A stretch of DNA of 64,000 nt, taken from positions 4,992,001 to 5,056,000 of the forward strand of contig OZ242029.1 of the NCBI GenBank assembly GCA_965205015.1, read 5' to 3'. The position numbers were made by a program, and so were the translations under genes. Of this stretch, positions 58,645 through 64,000 are shown one piece after another (positions within the stretch are counted from its first letter, which is position 1; every line of letters begins with the position of its first letter). This DNA is from Candidatus Poribacteria bacterium (GTDB lineage: Bacteria > Poribacteria > WGA-4E > WGA-3G). The notes under the pieces are model-generated. The model did not search any database. It worked only from the letters and a program-made list of their open reading frames with translations, and was not told the origin of the DNA.

Positions 58645-59451
58645 ATGGCTTATGAAATTCCGAAAACAGTCTTAGGTCGTACAGGTTTGACAGTGACTCG
58701 ACTCGGTACCGGTGGCGCGTATTGCGAATCCGCTGACGGCTACCGCAAAGCACTTGATGCCGGTGTCAATTATATGGATACGGCGCGCGCCTACAGAGAT
58801 GGCGAGGATGAAAAAGTCATTGGAGCCGCCATAAAAGGGCAGCGCGATCGGCTGATTCTTGCGACGAAAACTGATAAGCGCGACGCAAAAAGCGCACGGA
58901 CAGATCTCGAAACATCGTTACGGCTGCTTGGCGTTGATTATATTGATGTCTATCAACTCCATCATCTGAATACAAAAAATGAGCGCGACCAAGCCTTGGC
59001 ACCCGGCGGCGCATTGGAGATGGCGCAAAAGGCACGAGATGAAGGCCTCATCCGCTTCATCGGTGTCACTGGACACGATTGGGTCGAGATACAGCACGCC
59101 GTTGACACGGGATTTTTCGATACCGTCCTTTGTTGGTATAACTGTGCAATGAAGACCCCAGAGGATACGGTTTTCCCCGCTGCCGACAGACATAATACCG
59201 GCGTGGTCATTATGAATGCTTCGCGGAATGACAGACTTTTTGGGGACGCAGACGCACCAGCTCCAGAGCAATTCTACCGCTATGTGCTCAGTCATAAGAG
59301 TGTAAACCTCACGATTATGGGATTGAGAGACATTGAACGCTTCCATCGGGTTGCAAAGGCACTCTCCGAACAAGAGACCTTAGCATCGGAGGCGCGAATA
59401 GATATGGAAAAATACGGCGCACAACGGCTCGAAGAAGGCGCGCTCACTTAA
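58645..59451 (+). CDS. aldo/keto reductase
   Basis: LGRTGL.V, DTARAY, LATK, SLRLLGVDYIDVYQLH, GLIRFIGVTGH. Confidence 0.9.
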   Translation: MAYEIPKTVLGRTGLTVTRLGTGGAYCESADGYRKALDAGVNYMDTARAYRDGEDEKVIGAAIKGQRDRLILATKTDKRDAKSARTDLETSLRLLGVDYIDVYQLHHLNTKNERDQALAPGGALEMAQKARDEGLIRFIGVTGHDWVEIQHAVDTGFFDTVLCWYNCAMKTPEDTVFPAADRHNTGVVIMNASRNDRLFGDADAPAPEQFYRYVLSHKSVNLTIMGLRDIERFHRVAKALSEQETLASEARIDMEKYGAQRLEEGALT

Positions 59452-59507
59452 CACCAACACTGACATGCGTCAACGAGACAACTTGGTAACAACGGATAGG
59501 ATTTTTA

Positions 59508-60782
59508 ATGAATAAAAGCGCATCAGATCAGACAAACCCCGGTTCGGAAGAATCTTATCCGTCCGAAAAGCGCAATTTAGTTGTCTTTGCGCTAAACCAG
59601 ATTCTGATGCGGCTCGGTTGGATGTTCAAAGCCGAGTCTGTCGTCATTCCAGCGTTTATCGATATCTATACCTCGTCTGGAACCATCCGCGGATTGCTAC
59701 CCCTCATTCTGCGGATCGGACAGAGCCTCCCCCAGTTTCTCGTCGCACAACGCGTCGCACAGATGCCAAAAAAACAGGGGTTTTTCATTCTCACAGGATT
59801 CGGTTTTGCCATTCCGTGGTGTGTGTTGTCGCTGATATTGGGCTTAACGAGTTGGTCAGCAAACGTCATAGTTGCTATTTTTCTTCTGCTATGTACTGTG
59901 CACTGGCTCATGGTCGGTTGCAATCATCTGGCGAACGGGACCTTGCAAGGCAAGCTCATCAGCCCCGAAAAACGGGGCAGACTTCTCGCCTATTCCAACG
60001 TCATCGGTTGTTCACTTTCGATCGGACTTGCTGTGTACCTCATGCCGCGCTGGCTTTCTGAGAGCAACCCGCATTACGCCGTGATCTTCGGTGTAACGTC
60101 GGGTGCCTTCGGTATCGCCGCTTTCATCAGTTTTGGGTTTAAGGAACTCCCATCACAGCCAGAAGGCACGGCCCCTTTTTTCAAATTTCTCGGGGATGCA
60201 CTCCTCTTGCTGAGGTATGATAGGAATTTTCGTCGATTTGCGCTCGTTATTCTACTGTTCTACTCCATCTGGCCCCTTTTTCCACACTATGCGGTCTTCG
60301 GAAAGCGGACATTAGGGCTCGCCTCCTCCGGTTTTGTTACGTTAATAGTTGCGCAAAATGCCTCTAACGCCGTCGGTGCCGGTATCATGGGCAACATCGC
60401 CGACCGCTCAGGGAACCGATTCGTCCTGCGGCTTCTGATATTAATCAGTGCTTTTACGCCGTTACTGGCGGTCGTCATCAGTCGAATGCCTTCCGGGGCG
60501 CAGTTGTACTGGATTATCTTTGCGCTAATCGGATTCACACCCGTGTCTGCCCGGATCGTCACAAACTACACCCTTGAAATCGCACCACAGGAAAAACACC
60601 CGCAATATCTCGGCGTGATGAGTCTTTTTCAAGCGATCCCTCTGTTTGTTTCGCCGTTGATTGGCGCGTTAATCGAGGAATTCGCCTTTGAACCGGTTTT
60701 TATCACGTGTTCGGTACTTGTTTCACTTGGATTCTTGCTGACCTTCAAATTGGCTGAACCGCGGTTTAACCAAAGGACTTAA
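59508..60782 (+). CDS. MFS transporter
   Basis: ~12 TM helices; GNIADRSGNR motif A. Confidence 0.8.
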   Translation: MNKSASDQTNPGSEESYPSEKRNLVVFALNQILMRLGWMFKAESVVIPAFIDIYTSSGTIRGLLPLILRIGQSLPQFLVAQRVAQMPKKQGFFILTGFGFAIPWCVLSLILGLTSWSANVIVAIFLLLCTVHWLMVGCNHLANGTLQGKLISPEKRGRLLAYSNVIGCSLSIGLAVYLMPRWLSESNPHYAVIFGVTSGAFGIAAFISFGFKELPSQPEGTAPFFKFLGDALLLLRYDRNFRRFALVILLFYSIWPLFPHYAVFGKRTLGLASSGFVTLIVAQNASNAVGAGIMGNIADRSGNRFVLRLLILISAFTPLLAVVISRMPSGAQLYWIIFALIGFTPVSARIVTNYTLEIAPQEKHPQYLGVMSLFQAIPLFVSPLIGALIEEFAFEPVFITCSVLVSLGFLLTFKLAEPRFNQRT

Positions 60783-60806
60783 GAATCGGTATTCTATAGT
60801 TCTTCT

Positions 60807-60830
60807 GTAGGAGGGAACTCCGATTCCCGA
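60807..60830 (+). repeat. GTAG-type REP hairpin
   Basis: GTAGGAGGGAACTCCGATTCCCGA, exact reverse complement of 32480-32503. Confidence 0.8.
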
Positions 60831-60888
60831 CTCTTCGCTGTAGAAGTTTATACACAGTCAAATAAGTTGGCACAGAAGGAGCACCCCC

Positions 60889-62028
60889 ATGACGGCGAAA
60901 ATGTCGTGCCCATTTTGTGGGACACAGGTTGAATACGCTATCGAAAATTCGCCTGAGTGGTATCGCGATCCGTCGCTCCCCGTCTACCGAATCGATTGCC
61001 GTGATAAATGTAGACAGTATTGGCTTGAAGCGATCTCTGACCCCCACCCACACATCGATCCAACGATCCTTGCCTTCTTAGATTCCATCAATGATGAACA
61101 ACGAACGTTTATCTCTGAATCAACACGACACGCCTGTGACAACGGCATTTTGATAGTTTATAGCAGCAAGATTTTACAATACCTTACCACCGATTGGCAC
61201 TATGCAAAAGCGGCGGTTATGTTGTATGAATTCAATAACGTTTCATTCCGAATCAGTGGTGCTGGATTTGATGTTGCGAATATGTTGTTTTTCGTAGATA
61301 CTGCGGACGCACGATTCACACTGAGACTCTATCAGGCTGGAACGCCTATCCATAAAATTCGATCTGAAATCTATTGGTTACAAGTACTTTGGAACAAGGG
61401 ACGCGTCAAGACCCTCTCACCTGTGTCTGGACGGGACGGGGAGAGGGTTCAGTGTATCTCCCCAAACGATCTACCGCCGCGCTATGCGACTGTATACGAT
61501 TGGATTCCCGGTGAAACGCTTAATACACTTCCCGCATCAGAAAGAACGTCAGGACTGATTCGGCGGCTCGGTATCATGGTGGGTCGCATGCACGCTGTGT
61601 CGGAGACCTTAGCACTACCCCACTGGTTCACCCGTCCTCGATACGATATAGATTGGATTGCCTCAAAAATTGAAGGGGCACTTGGAAGTGATGCCATGGA
61701 CGCTTCGGTGGAGGAACTTACAAAACTTTCCACGCTCCGCTCGCGCTTCTCACGATTTGCCGCAGAACAGGGGGAAGGACGGGATGTTTTTGGACTCATC
61801 CATTCGGATCTGGAACCCCATAATATCATTATCTCCGACGGACAACTCTGCCCAATTGACGTGCGCGAGTTTGGGTTCGGTTACTATCTCTCCGATATTC
61901 TCACGCTTTCACGCCATCTCAATGAAGATGAAGGGGCAATTTTCTTTGAGGGTTATCAAGAAATCCGATCGCTCCCAACAGATTACCCTCAACAGTTGGC
62001 GCTATTTGAAGAGTTGCGCATGCTGTAA
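60889..62028 (+). CDS. APH/homoserine-kinase-II-like phosphotransferase with Cys-rich N-domain
   Basis: LIHSDLEPHNII and PIDVRE kinase motifs; CPFC...CRDKC at the N-terminus. Confidence 0.75.
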   Translation: MTAKMSCPFCGTQVEYAIENSPEWYRDPSLPVYRIDCRDKCRQYWLEAISDPHPHIDPTILAFLDSINDEQRTFISESTRHACDNGILIVYSSKILQYLTTDWHYAKAAVMLYEFNNVSFRISGAGFDVANMLFFVDTADARFTLRLYQAGTPIHKIRSEIYWLQVLWNKGRVKTLSPVSGRDGERVQCISPNDLPPRYATVYDWIPGETLNTLPASERTSGLIRRLGIMVGRMHAVSETLALPHWFTRPRYDIDWIASKIEGALGSDAMDASVEELTKLSTLRSRFSRFAAEQGEGRDVFGLIHSDLEPHNIIISDGQLCPIDVREFGFGYYLSDILTLSRHLNEDEGAIFFEGYQEIRSLPTDYPQQLALFEELRML

Positions 62029-62160
62029 CCCAACGACGGACGCATTAAAAAAATCGAAAACGCAATGCTTCGTCGGAATATGCTCCTTATGATTGACTCA
62101 CCTTTACGTCTGTGATAACATATCCGCACGGAAGATACGAAATTTCTAAGGAGTCTCCAC

Positions 62161-63552
62161 ATGGAACATCGCTATCTTTTCCTCGACCTACAGCACGTCA
62201 CCCGAATCGAAAGACTTTACCGGCGGATGCACCAACCGCAACGGCATCCCGATAACCCAGTCTTGCGCGGTGAAAATCCGTGGGAGAGCGTCGCATCCCT
62301 CTACGGCACAGTCCTCTACGACCCGCAGGACTCGCGCTTCAAAATGTGGTATCTCACAGGACCTTATGTGGATGGGATGGTGAAAATCCGCCAACGGAAC
62401 GCACTCGGTAATGTGACACTCCTCGCGTATGCCACCTCAATCGACGGCGTGCAGTGGGAGAAACCGATCCTAAACCAAGTCGATTTTGAAGGAAGCACTG
62501 CCAATAATCTTGTGGATGTCGGACGCACAAACTGCGAAGGCATGGCTGTCATCTACGACGAAGGCGAAACGGATCCTGCCCGTCGTTACAAAGGCTTTTA
62601 TTGGGAACACGGCGGGATCGACACCTTCATCCAGCACGAAGGACGCACGATCTGGGGACAGGGGGACGGAGACGGCATGTGGATGTCGTTTTCACCGGAT
62701 GGCGTTCACTGGACGAACTGCGAGACGAATCCCGTGATTCCGCTCGGTAGCGACACAACCCAATCCTTGGTGTGGGATCCCAGAATACAGAAATACGTCG
62801 TCTTTGGACGGTTCGGTGCAGGCGGACGCAAAACCGCTCGCGCCGAGAGTCCCGACGCGATCCACTTCAGCGCGCCGAAACGCGTGTTTGAATGCGACGC
62901 GATTGATGAGGAAGGTACACAAATCTACGGCATGCCCATCAATCTCTACGAGGGTATCTATCTCGGTATGATCTGGGTCTATCGTGAAGGCGTTGACGGC
63001 ACGATTGACACATCCCTCGCGATGAGCCGTGACGGTATCAACTGGCAACGCGTCTTGGATCGGCAAACGTTCCTATCGCTCGGACAAGCGGGCAGTTGGG
63101 AAGACGGGATGGTGAGAATCAGCCAGAATTTCGTCACACGCGGCGATCAGATCTATTTCTATTACGGAGGCGTGAACGGACCGCACACCGGCAGGAAATT
63201 CAAGCAGGTCGAACGGCAGCACACATCCATGCTCGGCTTGGCGACGTTGCGACGTGACGGGTTCGTCTCACTGGATGCAGGTGAAACCGAGGGATCCATG
63301 CTAACAAAACCGTTGACACTCAATAGTGGAGAATTACACCTCAACGTCGATGCGAGTCGAGGTTACGTCGTTGTTGCAATTACGGATGATATGGGCACCC
63401 CTTTAGAGAATTACACCGCTCACCAAATTGCTGGAAACCAATTAGATGCGGAGGTTAAATTCAGCCATTCGTTGGAGGTGCTCAAAGGGAGAGAGGTCCG
63501 ACTCCAGTTTCAAATCAGGAACGCAAGTCTATATTCCTATTGGTTCGCTTAG
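62161..63552 (+). CDS. putative five-bladed beta-propeller glycosidase-like protein
   Basis: NPVL, FKMWY, YATSIDGVQWEKP, S.DG..W repeats, LRRDGFVSL. Confidence 0.65.
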   Translation: MEHRYLFLDLQHVTRIERLYRRMHQPQRHPDNPVLRGENPWESVASLYGTVLYDPQDSRFKMWYLTGPYVDGMVKIRQRNALGNVTLLAYATSIDGVQWEKPILNQVDFEGSTANNLVDVGRTNCEGMAVIYDEGETDPARRYKGFYWEHGGIDTFIQHEGRTIWGQGDGDGMWMSFSPDGVHWTNCETNPVIPLGSDTTQSLVWDPRIQKYVVFGRFGAGGRKTARAESPDAIHFSAPKRVFECDAIDEEGTQIYGMPINLYEGIYLGMIWVYREGVDGTIDTSLAMSRDGINWQRVLDRQTFLSLGQAGSWEDGMVRISQNFVTRGDQIYFYYGGVNGPHTGRKFKQVERQHTSMLGLATLRRDGFVSLDAGETEGSMLTKPLTLNSGELHLNVDASRGYVVVAITDDMGTPLENYTAHQIAGNQLDAEVKFSHSLEVLKGREVRLQFQIRNASLYSYWFA

Positions 63553-63607
63553 AGAAGGATGTAATTTGTGGTAATCAGGAACATAAAATTTAATTTTGGA
63601 GGAAAAA

Positions 63608-64000
63608 ATGAAGCATATCTATCACAAAGAGGATGCCGAAGTCGTCCGAATTGAAGACGAGGCGCCCCGCACATTGTACACCCTCATTGAGCCGAATACC
63701 GTTGGCACGAAACACTTCTCTATGGGGTTGGAAGAAATTGATCCGCATAGTGAAATTCCGCTCCACTCGCACAGCGAATCCGAGGAAATTATTTTTGTCT
63801 ACGGTGGACAAGGGAAAGCATTTGTCGGTGATGAAGTTGCTGATCTGAAACCCGGTACAGTCATCTATCTCCCACCGAATGTTGAACACCGTTTTGTCAA
63901 CACAGGCGATGAACCGCTCTGGATTACATGGACACTCTCACCCCCGGGTTTCGAGAAACAAATCCGTAAGATTGCGGACGGTTCCGCAGGAATGGAAGTC
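63608..64000 (+). CDS. cupin domain protein (runs off the window end)
   Basis: GGAGG RBS; MKHIYHKE...PLHSHSESEEIIFVYGG...PPNVEHRF; not in the ORF track because it has no stop. Confidence 0.85.
   Translation, partial: MKHIYHKEDAEVVRIEDEAPRTLYTLIEPNTVGTKHFSMGLEEIDPHSEIPLHSHSESEEIIFVYGGQGKAFVGDEVADLKPGTVIYLPPNVEHRFVNTGDEPLWITWTLSPPGFEKQIRKIADGSAGMEV

Noticed and set aside
63590-63889. ORF-track calls at 63590-63889 (-) and 63633-63848 (+)
   Set aside because: The real gene is the cupin starting at 63608 in another frame and running off the window

Overview
Gene-dense bacterial chromosomal window, most likely from Candidatus Poribacteria. This is inferred from two LamG proteins ending in K(I/L)ATTWxxLK, an NYPNPFNPETWIPYQLA domain, and PhyH, TIM-barrel epimerase and DUF6785 genes. 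It holds about 50 CDSs, tRNA-Ala(GGC) and two intact IS elements with terminal inverted repeats (TIRs) and target-site duplications (TSDs): an IS4-like element at 34619-35980 and an ISAs1 element at 54134-55473. Housekeeping genes are trpF, aroA, tsaB, tsaE, tenA, yjbQ, sbcCD and a HelY-like helicase. The most notable observations are: (1) a nitrogen-uptake locus in which a near-consensus sigma54 promoter with NtrC-like sites precedes an uncharacterised beta-barrel gene and an Amt1-type transporter, with a paralogous barrel and a separately promoted AmtB nearby and no PII gene; (2) a layered intergenic repeat system of GTAG-type REP hairpins and MITE-like shells, with a constant ~20-nt module (GGAAACACCCAAGCAAAAAC) inserted into different hairpins; (3) a non-phage Rad52/Sak-like annealing protein with an SSB-like DSPF tail; (4) unusual toxin-antitoxin variants, namely a duplicated short HicB with an amphipathic tail and a chimeric HicB-like antitoxin with a RelE/ParE-like toxin. 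No CRISPR array, rRNA or prophage was seen. All family calls come from recognising motifs by eye, not from database searches.
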